Shown one piece after another: positions 1 to 9,380 of a stretch of 64,000 bases of DNA. The notes below the pieces were generated by a model. It ran no database searches and had not been told where the DNA came from. It saw only the letters and a program-made list of their open reading frames with translations. Origin of the DNA: a virus; the UHGV virus genome UHGV-1579991; one strand, given 5' to 3'. Numbering within the stretch: position 1 is the stretch's first letter; every line of letters starts with the position of its first letter. The translations under genes were made by a program, and so were the position numbers.

Positions 1-874
1 TCTTCAGTTTAAGCGGCAATTCTTTGAATGCATCCATTGCTTGGAACGACTGACAAATTTGCTCAGCTTTCTTGACATTAAGACCTCGCCAATCAGGTGT
101 AAGCCACTGAGCTGCAAGAATATATGTCTTTGCATTCATCAATGTGTCTTTGTCAAGTGTTCGCATGTACTCTGCAAAAACTTTGCCAACGCCGATTGTC
201 GATGGCTTGAGTACAAGTTCGCCATACGAACGAGTTTGAACTCGATAGCAGCCGGTTTCAGAATCAATGTACTTGTCCATTGACTCATCGGGCTCATCCC
301 AAGTCATGTTATCAGCAGTCAAGTCAAGCTTAAAATTATGCTTGCAAGTGCCTGATGAAATTTCCAGCGTAATTGGATTTGTCAGCTCAGAGTTCTCAGG
401 GAATGTGAGGTCGTGAATCAACATTATTAAGCGCCACTTGTCATGTTCGTATATATCATCAACTGACCAATGATTCATACCAGACTTGCTGACACATCGA
501 ACACATACCTTGACAATGTCGTTCAAATATGTTGCTGCTTCAGCTGGATTTGCATTGTCATCAAGATTTGACCAGTGACGAATTTCACCTGCTCGGCAAG
601 CTCGATAGATAATTTGCAAATCACTTGGGTACAGTCGGCCTTGCTTAGCAAGCTTCGTCATGTCAACATTGAACCAGCCAGTATCTGTAACTTCTGATTG
701 ACGCGCTCTTTCTGCAATGCGCTCTTGAGCTACTTCAGTTGCAGCGTCAATTGCGCTGTCATTGATTTTTGTAGCTGCTTCAGCTTCTTCTACTGCAGAT
801 GCAAGTGGATTGTTTCGACCTGCATTCTCACCACCATCTGCTGGAATGCTAAGACGTTTTCTTTCTTGTGGCAT
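1..874 (-). CDS. hypothetical protein, partial (ORF runs off the low-coordinate edge of the window; C-terminus missing)
   Basis: Hand translation of the minus strand from ATG at 874..872 (MPQERKRLSIPADGGENAGRNNPLASAVEEAEAATK...) stays open to position 1; in-frame stop immediately upstream at 911..913. Absent from the ORF track because no stop lies inside the window. Confidence 0.45.
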   Translation of the reverse strand, partial: MPQERKRLSIPADGGENAGRNNPLASAVEEAEAATKINDSAIDAATEVAQERIAERARQSEVTDTGWFNVDMTKLAKQGRLYPSDLQIIYRACRAGEIRHWSNLDDNANPAEAATYLNDIVKVCVRCVSKSGMNHWSVDDIYEHDKWRLIMLIHDLTFPENSELTNPITLEISSGTCKHNFKLDLTADNMTWDEPDESMDKYIDSETGCYRVQTRSYGELVLKPSTIGVGKVFAEYMRTLDKDTLMNAKTYILAAQWLTPDWRGLNVKKAEQICQSFQAMDAFKELPLKLK

Positions 875-947
875 ATTGTAATGTATTTGAATGGTTTTGT
901 TTTGTTTTTGCTATCGCATTTCAAAGACAAATGATATAATCATTTGT

Positions 948-2222
948 TTATATATTTGACAGCTGTTTGCGTTGCAAAATTGCATGACCGCAGTCATATA
1001 CTGCAACATAACCTGCATCAATCATCTCTTGCTCATTTTGTCCGCAGTCTTCAATATGTTCTTTTGTCTTTAAATGACACCAGTGTTTGCGAATTGTTGA
1101 CTTGTCATCTGACAGTTGCGGATTAAGTGCGAAGTTAGTTGAGTCTACTGGTTCACCTGCAAGATGCTTTCGAATGACATCAATGACTTCATTGTCATCC
1201 ATCCATTCGAATATTGTAATGCAAGTGTAGCCAAGCTTAAGAGCAAGCTGAGTTTTGTCGAAGTGATAGAATTTGCTAACATGCTTATTGTGTGTAGTAC
1301 GGCCAATTAAATATGCAAAACCATATGTTGAATTGTGTGACCAAGTTGGATTGATTTCAATCAATAATTTGCAATGTTCATTACTGTAATTGAGGTCATA
1401 TGACCATCGCTCAAGATTGACATCATCAAGCCCACAATCAATCCCAAGTTCTTGCAGCAATTTGTCATGCCACCAATGGTTTGCTCGTGATTTTACATGA
1501 CCTTGAGCATCACGACATTTAGCAGTCATACAAAAATATGGGACACCATAGCGTTGCATGTTAGTTGACGCAATTTTTTGCAAATCGCCTGCAGCAGACC
1601 CATATTTTTGTCGTTTTGTTGCAACTGCTACTGCAATATTGCCAAATTTGTTGCCATATCGTTTCTGTTTAGTTTCAAGTGCTTTGTCAATATTTATGAT
1701 GCCTCTTGTACCATGTTCTTTTTCACGTTTAGCTAAAATTGTTTGCATGTCGCCAAGTTTGTTGCCATATCGTTGCAATTTAGTTTCATGCATTTTTGCA
1801 ATATTTGTCCAACTATCACCATAATGTTGTCTATGTGTTGCAGCGCAACGTGCTTTGTCACCAAACATGTGTCCAAACTTTGCTAAACGACGCTCAACAA
1901 ATTTTTGCATGTCACCCATGCCATTACCATATCGTTTCTGCTTAGTTGCAACAGCCTTTTGCATATTGACACCTCGATAGCCATAACGCATTTCTATTGT
2001 TGTAGTAATTTTATCACTGATGACTTTTGATTGCTGAGCATACTCAAAACCATATTTACGCAAGCAGCCAATTCGCTTATTATATTTCAAACGAATTTTA
2101 CCATGTGATGTCTTCTTTGGGCCATACCATTCATATGGCGTTTCTGCAATCAATTTATCACGTTCAGCTTCAAGTTCTTTTATTCGAGCTTCAAGAGCTT
2201 CACCTATTAATTGTGTTGCCAT
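948..2222 (-). CDS. putative homing-endonuclease-like protein (paralog family, intact archetype)
   Basis: 424 aa ORF. N-terminal coiled-coil (EALEARIKELEAERD), array of K/R-YG-N-x-x-G-D-x-Q repeats, C-terminal nuclease-like region (WWHD...LIEINPTWSHN...GYTCITIFEW) and terminal VYDCGH motif. Family assignment is by motif only. Confidence 0.55.
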   Translation of the reverse strand: MATQLIGEALEARIKELEAERDKLIAETPYEWYGPKKTSHGKIRLKYNKRIGCLRKYGFEYAQQSKVISDKITTTIEMRYGYRGVNMQKAVATKQKRYGNGMGDMQKFVERRLAKFGHMFGDKARCAATHRQHYGDSWTNIAKMHETKLQRYGNKLGDMQTILAKREKEHGTRGIINIDKALETKQKRYGNKFGNIAVAVATKRQKYGSAAGDLQKIASTNMQRYGVPYFCMTAKCRDAQGHVKSRANHWWHDKLLQELGIDCGLDDVNLERWSYDLNYSNEHCKLLIEINPTWSHNSTYGFAYLIGRTTHNKHVSKFYHFDKTQLALKLGYTCITIFEWMDDNEVIDVIRKHLAGEPVDSTNFALNPQLSDDKSTIRKHWCHLKTKEHIEDCGQNEQEMIDAGYVAVYDCGHAILQRKQLSNI

Positions 2223-2281
2223 TATAAAATATTGAGATATTCAATATATGTACATATAATACGAATATTCAAATTAAACAT

Positions 2282-4273
2282 ATGTCTGAAGTTAAGCATC
2301 AAGTATATGACCCTGTAGCACAATTCAAATCTGCAGAAGAAAAGGAAGCTGCAAGAGTCGTGTGGTGTTCAGAAAGTGTGCGTCGTGCATATGCAGCAGT
2401 TGACCAAGGCCTGCCATTACGGTCGAATCCCTGGTTCTTTGGCAATATTGCATTGCGTAAGCCAGGACTATTGTATAGATACTCTGACGTAGAGCTACGT
2501 GAATGGCTTAGATGTGCTTATGATATACTGTACTTTGCCAACACATACGCTACACTCATGACACCTGCAGGTGTGCGAATGCATATTACGTTGCGACCAT
2601 ATCAGAAAAAAATGCTTCGTGCGTATCAAAAGCAAAAGTACATTATAAGTTTGTGTGGACGACAAATAGGCAAAACTACGACTGCTGCAATTTTCCTCGC
2701 TTGGGCTGTCATTTTCAATCGTGAGCTCAACATAGCAGTACTTGGCGACCGCTTGGCTACATCAAGTGAAAACCTGAACAAAACAAAAGACATCATAAAC
2801 AATCTGCCATTCTTTATGAAGCCTGGTGTGTTTGTTTGGAATGGTGGAATGGTCGCATTTGACAATGGCTGCAAAATTATCACAGGTACTGCTCAAAAGT
2901 CATCACTTGTCGGTAAAACAATTCACATCTTGTATCTTGATGAGCTCGCAATTCCGCCTGCTCAGCAATCAAAGACTCTTGTAGACTATGCATTGCCCAC
3001 AATTGCATCATTGCCAACTGGCAAAGTTATCGTAACATCTACGCCATCTGGTGATAATGTGTTCAAGACTTTGTGGCTTGGTGCAATTAACAAAACAAAT
3101 GGATTCTTTCCAATTCAAGTAAACTGGTGGGACATTCCAGGTCGTGATGAAAAGTGGAAAGCTGAACAAATTGCAATTCTTGGTGAAGATGCTTTCAATG
3201 AGCAATACAACTGCGTGTTCTTGTCAGGTGCAACGTCAATTTTCAATTCAAGAGCAATTGATGATATTGCAAGACGACAACAAAAGTATGAATTTGTTGC
3301 TGATGAGCGTCTTGAATCGCTGCTCAGATTTTTCATTGCTGATTCAGATGTTGGCACTGAACCTGAGCCGCATTCATTTATGACTTGGCGTGCAGATATT
3401 GACCCAGCGACACTCAAAAATGAAACATGTATCATCAACATCGACATCGCTGAAGGCTTATCTGGCGACTTTTCTGTCATACATGTGCATCGTATAGTTG
3501 ACATTGCAAAAGATGCTGAACTTGAACTTGATGCAAGCAATCTGTATGATATGTTTGACGATGACAAAAAATCATTGTTTGCAAAAGCAGTTGAAATGCA
3601 ACGTCAAATGTCGGCAACACAAGCTCAAGATGATGACGATGATGACGATGACGACTGGTTTGGCGCAGACGATGATGTTGCTCAAGGAGTCGATGCATAT
3701 CAAGATTATGCGAATGCTGCAGTAGAAGAGATTGGCTTGTGGCGCTCAAATGTGACGTCAATTAAAGTCATGGCTCTGTATTTGCAGTTCTTAATGACAT
3801 ATGTGTTTGACGCAAACAAAACAAAGATTATCTATGAACGCAACAAATATGGTGGAGAGTTTCGTTCATATTGTTTGTCTGAACGTGCACGCAATATTGC
3901 AATTGATGAAGAGAGCTTCGTAAGCTTCCAACGAACTCTTGGTTCAGAACAACTTGCACCAGGCTGTTCAATTACGCCTGGCACCAAACCAGTGTACGTA
4001 AGACAGCTCAAAGACCTTATTGAAACTGGCAAGATTCTTGAAAACAATGCAGATACGCAAAGAGAGCTTACATACTTTGGCGGTGTCAAAGGCAAGAATG
4101 GTCATGTGTCATATCAGGCATCACCAGGCTTCCATGATGACATTGCAATGACTCTTGTATCTCTTGCAGCATTTATGGACACTCGATGCAACGATTGGCT
4201 TGAACTGCTTGATGTGTTCTACAATGGCAGCAGTCAAACAAGTTCTGATGATGACGATGATGACTGGATTTGA
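2282..4273 (+). CDS. terL: terminase large subunit
   Basis: 663 aa ORF with Walker A-like P-loop (LCGRQIGKTTTAA) followed by a nuclease-type C-terminal half; contains poly-Asp tracts (DDDDDDDDDW and C-terminal DDDDDDWI). Confidence 0.8.
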   Translation: MSEVKHQVYDPVAQFKSAEEKEAARVVWCSESVRRAYAAVDQGLPLRSNPWFFGNIALRKPGLLYRYSDVELREWLRCAYDILYFANTYATLMTPAGVRMHITLRPYQKKMLRAYQKQKYIISLCGRQIGKTTTAAIFLAWAVIFNRELNIAVLGDRLATSSENLNKTKDIINNLPFFMKPGVFVWNGGMVAFDNGCKIITGTAQKSSLVGKTIHILYLDELAIPPAQQSKTLVDYALPTIASLPTGKVIVTSTPSGDNVFKTLWLGAINKTNGFFPIQVNWWDIPGRDEKWKAEQIAILGEDAFNEQYNCVFLSGATSIFNSRAIDDIARRQQKYEFVADERLESLLRFFIADSDVGTEPEPHSFMTWRADIDPATLKNETCIINIDIAEGLSGDFSVIHVHRIVDIAKDAELELDASNLYDMFDDDKKSLFAKAVEMQRQMSATQAQDDDDDDDDDWFGADDDVAQGVDAYQDYANAAVEEIGLWRSNVTSIKVMALYLQFLMTYVFDANKTKIIYERNKYGGEFRSYCLSERARNIAIDEESFVSFQRTLGSEQLAPGCSITPGTKPVYVRQLKDLIETGKILENNADTQRELTYFGGVKGKNGHVSYQASPGFHDDIAMTLVSLAAFMDTRCNDWLELLDVFYNGSSQTSSDDDDDDWI

Positions 4274-4280
4274 TTTGTGG

Positions 4281-4338
4281 CACATCATCACAAAACAAGC
4301 CAGCAGAATTGTCTGCTGGCTTGTTTTGTGATGATGTG
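4281..4338. terminator. 58-bp perfect palindrome (27-bp arms) between convergent terL and DHFR genes; putative bidirectional terminator
   Basis: cacatcatcacaaaacaagccagcaga / tctgctggcttgttttgtgatgatgtg are exact reverse complements; located between the stop of terL (4273) and the stop of the DHFR gene (4342). Confidence 0.5.
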
Positions 4339-4341
4339 CTG

Positions 4342-4845
4342 TCATCGTTTTCGATGGAAGACTTTGAATTTGTATCGTAACGTTCTGTCATTATCTGTGC
4401 ATGTGTATAGTGCAGACTCAGATTTTTTAGTCCACATTCGCCAATTGACTGCAGGAAATCGAACGTCGCCCTCAACATAATTGTCAATCATCGTCAAGTA
4501 CATTCTGTCTGCATAAATCATTGCTTCTTCAAACAACTTAGAACCGCCGATGATAAACATGTTAGACGCAAATGCAGACTTGCAATATGCTATTGCATTG
4601 GCTAGCGTGCTAAATACGAAATAGTCGCTTGTTGGCTGCAATGTAGAGCTTATAACAATGTTAATTCTGTCAGGCAAGGGTTTGCAATTCATCGACTCAA
4701 AAGTCTTACGACCCATGATGACAATGTGATTCTTTGTGAGTTTCTTGAAGTGCTGCAAGTCATATGGAATATGCCAGGGCAAATCACCATTGCGACCTAT
4801 GACATTGTTATTTGATACTGCTGCTATGATATTGATGTATTGCAT
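4342..4845 (-). CDS. folA: dihydrofolate reductase
   Basis: 167 aa; N-terminal DHFR signature IIAAVSNNNVIGRNGDLPWHIPYDLQHFKKLT...IVIMGRKTFES. Confidence 0.85.
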   Translation of the reverse strand: MQYINIIAAVSNNNVIGRNGDLPWHIPYDLQHFKKLTKNHIVIMGRKTFESMNCKPLPDRINIVISSTLQPTSDYFVFSTLANAIAYCKSAFASNMFIIGGSKLFEEAMIYADRMYLTMIDNYVEGDVRFPAVNWRMWTKKSESALYTCTDNDRTLRYKFKVFHRKR

Positions 4846-4860
4846 TGTTGATGAAGTTGT

Positions 4861-5172
4861 TTATAATGAGTCAGACACTACAGATGCATATTGCAAGACC
4901 TGTTTGCGAATATCACTGCCAATCAGTCGTTCATATTGCAGACGCAGTTCTGTAACTGTCATATTATCTGGCAGCTCTTTGACTTTGATAAAGATGCCTG
5001 CAGTGTCACCTTTAGCAATATAGCCTGTTTTCTCGCACATGTTACGCAAACAGTCAATATATGAATGTCGCTCAGATTTGACTGCACATAGCATTTGCTG
5101 CCTGCTAAATGACTCACCTACTGCAATGCTTGCAATGAATGACTTAAATGCATGCCAACGTGTCATTGTCAT
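4861..5172 (-). CDS. hypothetical protein
   Basis: 103 aa minus-strand ORF co-oriented and tightly packed with neighbours. Confidence 0.4.
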   Translation of the reverse strand: MTMTRWHAFKSFIASIAVGESFSRQQMLCAVKSERHSYIDCLRNMCEKTGYIAKGDTAGIFIKVKELPDNMTVTELRLQYERLIGSDIRKQVLQYASVVSDSL

Positions 5173-5627
5173 TACAGATTTGATTTGTATGTTTCACAGC
5201 GTTTCCAATCTGTTGCAGCTTTCAGACCCTTCAAGTATTCTACATACATTGGATGTTCCCATGCAGGGTCATCAGTTACAGCAACATAGCCTTTGCTATG
5301 CTTGTCTTTGTCAATAAGCATCTCTGCATATTTTGGCGCAAGCAGTCGTTTGTTTGCAGCCCAAGCAAAATGACATTTGATAAAGTGTCGCGTAATTCTT
5401 GTGTATGCCGCTTTGACAGACTTTAGCATATCAGGGTCTGCAATAACATCTGCCAAATTCTGTGGCGCTGCTGCAATGAAAACTGCTTCGCAGTCTTTAT
5501 GCTTTGCAGCTATTTGCTGCAATAAGTCTTTATGTGAATTGAGATGCAGAATTGTCGAACAAATGACTACAATGTCTGTTGCAGGTTCAATTCGTTTTGC
5601 TTGTTCTTTAAGAGATGGTTGTTCCAT
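5172..5627 (-). CDS. hypothetical protein
   Basis: 151 aa minus-strand ORF, abuts neighbouring genes. Confidence 0.45.
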   Translation of the reverse strand: MEQPSLKEQAKRIEPATDIVVICSTILHLNSHKDLLQQIAAKHKDCEAVFIAAAPQNLADVIADPDMLKSVKAAYTRITRHFIKCHFAWAANKRLLAPKYAEMLIDKDKHSKGYVAVTDDPAWEHPMYVEYLKGLKAATDWKRCETYKSNL

Positions 5628-5633
5628 GTTGTG

Positions 5634-5888
5634 TCAGATTTTGATATGTCGTAGCAAAATTTTATGCAAATTCAACAATGATTGCGCTGCATATGCTGGA
5701 TTTGGTTGAAGCTCTTTGCAGTTGTCGCATTTCAATGACTGCTCAGTTATTTGAGCATCTGTGTCAATGTTAATTGCAGTTTGACAAACTATGCATTGCC
5801 ATTTAAGCGTATGCGTATGTAAGTTGTCTACGAACAATGTAGAGCCAAACTTATCTTGCCAGTCTTCTGCGCATTTTGGATGAAACAT
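5634..5888 (-). CDS. hypothetical zinc-ribbon-like protein
   Basis: 84 aa ORF with paired Cys motifs (CAEDW...CIVCQ...CDNCK). Confidence 0.4.
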   Translation of the reverse strand: MFHPKCAEDWQDKFGSTLFVDNLHTHTLKWQCIVCQTAINIDTDAQITEQSLKCDNCKELQPNPAYAAQSLLNLHKILLRHIKI

Positions 5889-5892
5889 ATTG

Positions 5893-6900
5893 TTATGCGT
5901 TGTGAGCCCAGTTCAGCCAAACGTCATCTATTGACTGTGTAGTGTATTCACAATCATACAAGAAATTTACAAGAGCATCATAATTGCGTCTGCCCCACAA
6001 TTTGTGCTTCAAACTGCCGATTTCTTCGTCTTTCTTGTAATTGTTGTAGATTCGTTCAAGCATTGCTGAAGAGCCTGCTTTTGTGTCATATTCTGCCTCA
6101 AACAAACAGCCACAACTTGCTTTCTTTACAATTATGCGGTCATACATTGACACTACTGCTCTCAAAATGCTTTTTGACTGCAATCGTAACACATCAAGTT
6201 TATTGCATTGAGACTCCCATTTTTTGTACAATGTGTTGAATGATGGATTGTCAAGCAGCTTGTCTGCAATTGCGTATGCAAACGACATTGCATGCCAATC
6301 ATCTGTTCTGAAGTCCTCTGTGTTATGCTTATTGTAATATGCGCCAGTCGGTGCACAACCAATAAATGCTTCAAGTTGTCCAGCGTCATTTCGCAATATA
6401 CGCAATGAATGCTTATTAAAGAATGACACCCATATGCGATTATGCGCAACTATCACAGAATACTTGTTTTCACATTTTGCTGCAGCATCGCTTATTGAAC
6501 GACAATCAATCTGCTTGCAAATTGATGTTATGAATGCTGCAAACTCTTCATGCTTCTTGAGCTTGTTTTGCGTGACGTCATATAGATGCAACAAACCATT
6601 GACAACAGAGTCAAGCTTAGCTTCATCAGACTCAAAACTACCAAATGTTTCAAAGACTCGCATCTCTTTGTCAACAAGCATTTCTACGATTGCGTCAATA
6701 TCTTTGCTAAGCAGTGTTTTGGGTTCTAACGTTGCATGCATAAATGTCAATTGAAGCAGCGCATTCGCAGTTTGTTCAGACAGCACGTCATTTGCGCGCG
6801 CAATGTCGATTGCAGCTTTAAGTTCTGTTCGTTTGACTTCAAAATATCGTTGCAGCTGTAGTTTAAGTTGCTGAGAATAGACATTATTTGGTCTGAGCAT
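5893..6900 (-). CDS. hypothetical protein
   Basis: 335 aa minus-strand ORF; no motif recognised. Confidence 0.5.
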   Translation of the reverse strand: MLRPNNVYSQQLKLQLQRYFEVKRTELKAAIDIARANDVLSEQTANALLQLTFMHATLEPKTLLSKDIDAIVEMLVDKEMRVFETFGSFESDEAKLDSVVNGLLHLYDVTQNKLKKHEEFAAFITSICKQIDCRSISDAAAKCENKYSVIVAHNRIWVSFFNKHSLRILRNDAGQLEAFIGCAPTGAYYNKHNTEDFRTDDWHAMSFAYAIADKLLDNPSFNTLYKKWESQCNKLDVLRLQSKSILRAVVSMYDRIIVKKASCGCLFEAEYDTKAGSSAMLERIYNNYKKDEEIGSLKHKLWGRRNYDALVNFLYDCEYTTQSIDDVWLNWAHNA

Positions 6901-7003
6901 ATTTGGGATGGACTCTTACGTTTATTTAAGAATAAAGTACCACAAGTTGTCAAGTTTTGCTAACTTTGACGACTTGTGGTACGTCTGTTTTATGCATGCA
7001 CTG

Positions 7004-7372
7004 TTATTTGATTGCGCGTTCAAACATTCTGCAGCACCAGTCTTTATATGCTGGATTGCCCTTAACATCTGCTCGGAATGCACAGTTGATAAGAGTCTTC
7101 TCTTCATCAACAAAGCATGCATAACGACAGTTTGCACAGCAACGAGCATCTTCTTGCTTAGTACAGAATGCTGCACATGTCATGTCATCTTCTGTGTTGC
7201 GAATTGTTTTTGTTGGCGTGTATTCATAAGTGCACTGACAAATGCCATTATGTTCACGATGAAAGAAGCAATTTTTGCAAACATGCGCAACTTCTTCAAC
7301 TGGTGCTGATGCTGCATATGTTTGTTCTTGCTCTACTGCAGACTGTGCAGCAGCTTTAGTCTTTTTTGCCAT
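7004..7372 (-). CDS. cysteine-rich hypothetical protein (start placed at internal Met, MAKKTKAA)
   Basis: The track ORF 7004..7456 begins inside a tandem repeat, so its first 28 residues are a repeat artefact; ATG at 7372..7370 is the likely start. Product carries more than 12 Cys (CKNCFF...CQC...CAAFC...CCANC...CC). Confidence 0.45.
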   Translation of the reverse strand: MAKKTKAAAQSAVEQEQTYAASAPVEEVAHVCKNCFFHREHNGICQCTYEYTPTKTIRNTEDDMTCAAFCTKQEDARCCANCRYACFVDEEKTLINCAFRADVKGNPAYKDWCCRMFERAIK

Positions 7373-7397
7373 TGTATCAAATGTTTGTATTTGTAAG

Positions 7398-7473
7398 TTG
7401 TTTTGATGCAAAATGCAAAACAATATAAAATTGTTTTGATGCAAAATGCAAAACAATATAAAATTGTTTTGAT
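7398..7473. repeat. 33-bp tandem direct repeat (about 2.3 copies), each unit containing an 8-bp inverted repeat
   Basis: Unit ttgttttgatgcaaaatgcaaaacaatataaaa at 7398-7430 and 7431-7463, partial third copy to 7473; internal ttgttttg...caaaacaa inverted repeat. Lies between the ligase stop and the Cys-rich gene start. Confidence 0.7.
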
Positions 7474-7475
7474 AT

Positions 7476-9380
7476 CTACAAAGATTTGAACAATTCCTCG
7501 TATGTTACAATTTTCTTGCCTTTTGCAAGTGCTGCTTTCATTTTGTTCGACAGCTTGTTGACATCATTTGTGACAACATAGTCACATGCATCAATGTTTG
7601 CACCGACATCTTCAAGCTTACCATTTGCTGCATCAATAAATGCACCTTTTGTTGCCCAAGTAGGCTTAGGCGAGCCTGTCATGACAACCTTGATTGTGTT
7701 AGCATGCGCAGATGCTTCTTTATGCATTTCATTGAACATCACGAAGCATTGTGGAAAGCGCTTGAGTAATCTTTGTATGACATTCAACTTTATGAGCCTG
7801 TCAATTGGCTCCATGCTCAAGCCCTTAAAGTCATACTGGCAATTGCTAAAGTACGCAGACAACTGATATGCAGCTTTACCACCGAGACCAGGAATCTGCA
7901 TGCATTCAATGAAATGCGACAAGTGAATGCTACTGAAGCGTTCACGTAAGCCTGCAATGACTGTACGGTCATTTTTGCTGTTTGTGTCAAACTGCAGCAG
8001 CTCAAACAGTCGTTCATTGTCAACTTCTTGCACAATGCAGAACAAGTCTTCAATTGTGGGCGCATCAGAGAATGTCAACATGACATCAAGATTGTCTTGT
8101 GCAATAAGCAATGCTTCACAAATTTTCGTAGCATAAACCCAGCCAAGCCCATCAATATTAAGCTTGCAAACGCCTTTGATAAACCTCGTGCATCTTGCAA
8201 ATTCCTCAGGCATCATCAAGTGAATGCCATCGACATATGCATGTACAGGAATGTCAGCTTTGCTGCTATCACCAGGTTCAATACATTCTTGAATGTCTGG
8301 AATAATGTCACCGCCCTTTTCAATACGAACAAGAGCGCCTGGCCAAATACCATTTGCATGCAAAAAGCCATAGTGAAATGCTGAAGCTGCTTTTACTGTA
8401 GTGCCATCAAGCTCAACAGGCTCAAGTTCAACTCTCGGAAAAAGCTCACCATTGATTCGCTGACGCCAATCAATTCGAGTCACTCGAGTTACAGCAGACA
8501 TTGCGTCAAGCTTCAATGCAACCATGTTTGCATATTCTGCTGCATTTGCAAACTGCTGCTCAATCCACAAGTCATCTGCAAAAGGCTTGACTACAATGCC
8601 ATCAATGCGATATTTGAATTCTGAACGCCCATTGGCAATTTTTGTGCAAGTTTCTGCAAACTCATTGTAATCAGTGACTTCAAAGACTTCTGCAATGAAT
8701 TCTGCAGGCCAGCCAACTTTAGCAAGAGCATCTGCAGGATTGGTTTGCTCATATGTTTTGCCATCAAGTGTGTCAGTCAGCATGTATGCCATAGGGTCAA
8801 TGTCTTCCATGCCACACATGTCTAATGACTTCACAAATGCTGCAGCAGTATTGCGCTCATTTTTGTATTTGACAGAGCCATCAGCATTGAAATGATATTT
8901 TTGTGCAAAAATGTCTTTTGCAATGACAGCCTCAAAGCGAATTTGATATGGCTGTTCTGCTGCAGCAAGCTGCATCGGCACTTTGCCTGCTACAACAAAT
9001 TTGCGCGTGACATCATAGCCCGTATAGCCATCACCACGAGTAACAACTTTTAGCAATCTGCCATCAGTGTCGTAATGTGCTTCACAGCCCATGCCATCAT
9101 ACTTGTGCATAAGCAGCATTTCATGACCAACAATGTTGCACACAGTATCATGCAACGCAGTTGTAAACTGTGACTTTGTATGAATTGCAGCAAGACTCAA
9201 TGCAGGTGTAAGATGCTTAACTTCTTGTTTATTTGACTCTTCAAAGCGAATCTTATGTTTAATGTCGCTATTTGCAAGAAGCTGCTGTTCAAGAGCATCA
9301 AATGCCTCATCAGACATTATCGGATTGCCTGCATAATACGCAGCTATTGCGTCATGGTACATATTGAGTGTATCAGTCAT
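7476..9380 (-). CDS. ligA: NAD-dependent DNA ligase
   Basis: 634 aa; LigA-type N-terminus (YYAGNPIMSDEAFDALEQQL), adenylation KxDG motif (MHKYDGMG), C-terminal HhH-like region (GLGGKAAYQL). Confidence 0.75.
   Translation of the reverse strand: MTDTLNMYHDAIAAYYAGNPIMSDEAFDALEQQLLANSDIKHKIRFEESNKQEVKHLTPALSLAAIHTKSQFTTALHDTVCNIVGHEMLLMHKYDGMGCEAHYDTDGRLLKVVTRGDGYTGYDVTRKFVVAGKVPMQLAAAEQPYQIRFEAVIAKDIFAQKYHFNADGSVKYKNERNTAAAFVKSLDMCGMEDIDPMAYMLTDTLDGKTYEQTNPADALAKVGWPAEFIAEVFEVTDYNEFAETCTKIANGRSEFKYRIDGIVVKPFADDLWIEQQFANAAEYANMVALKLDAMSAVTRVTRIDWRQRINGELFPRVELEPVELDGTTVKAASAFHYGFLHANGIWPGALVRIEKGGDIIPDIQECIEPGDSSKADIPVHAYVDGIHLMMPEEFARCTRFIKGVCKLNIDGLGWVYATKICEALLIAQDNLDVMLTFSDAPTIEDLFCIVQEVDNERLFELLQFDTNSKNDRTVIAGLRERFSSIHLSHFIECMQIPGLGGKAAYQLSAYFSNCQYDFKGLSMEPIDRLIKLNVIQRLLKRFPQCFVMFNEMHKEASAHANTIKVVMTGSPKPTWATKGAFIDAANGKLEDVGANIDACDYVVTNDVNKLSNKMKAALAKGKKIVTYEELFKSL

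Noticed and set aside
1558-1824. Numerous plus-strand track ORFs embedded in minus-strand genes (for example 1558-1824, 3144-3383, 10852-11274, 60565-60915)
   Set aside because: They lie antisense to long, motif-bearing minus-strand genes (or, for 3144-3383, in an alternate frame of the terminase), have low-complexity or Cys/Leu-rich translations and no independent signals; treated as frame-shadow ORFs.
7398-7473. Possible CRISPR array
   Set aside because: Only about 2.3 directly abutting copies of a 33-bp unit with no intervening spacers and no cas genes nearby; it is a simple tandem repeat.
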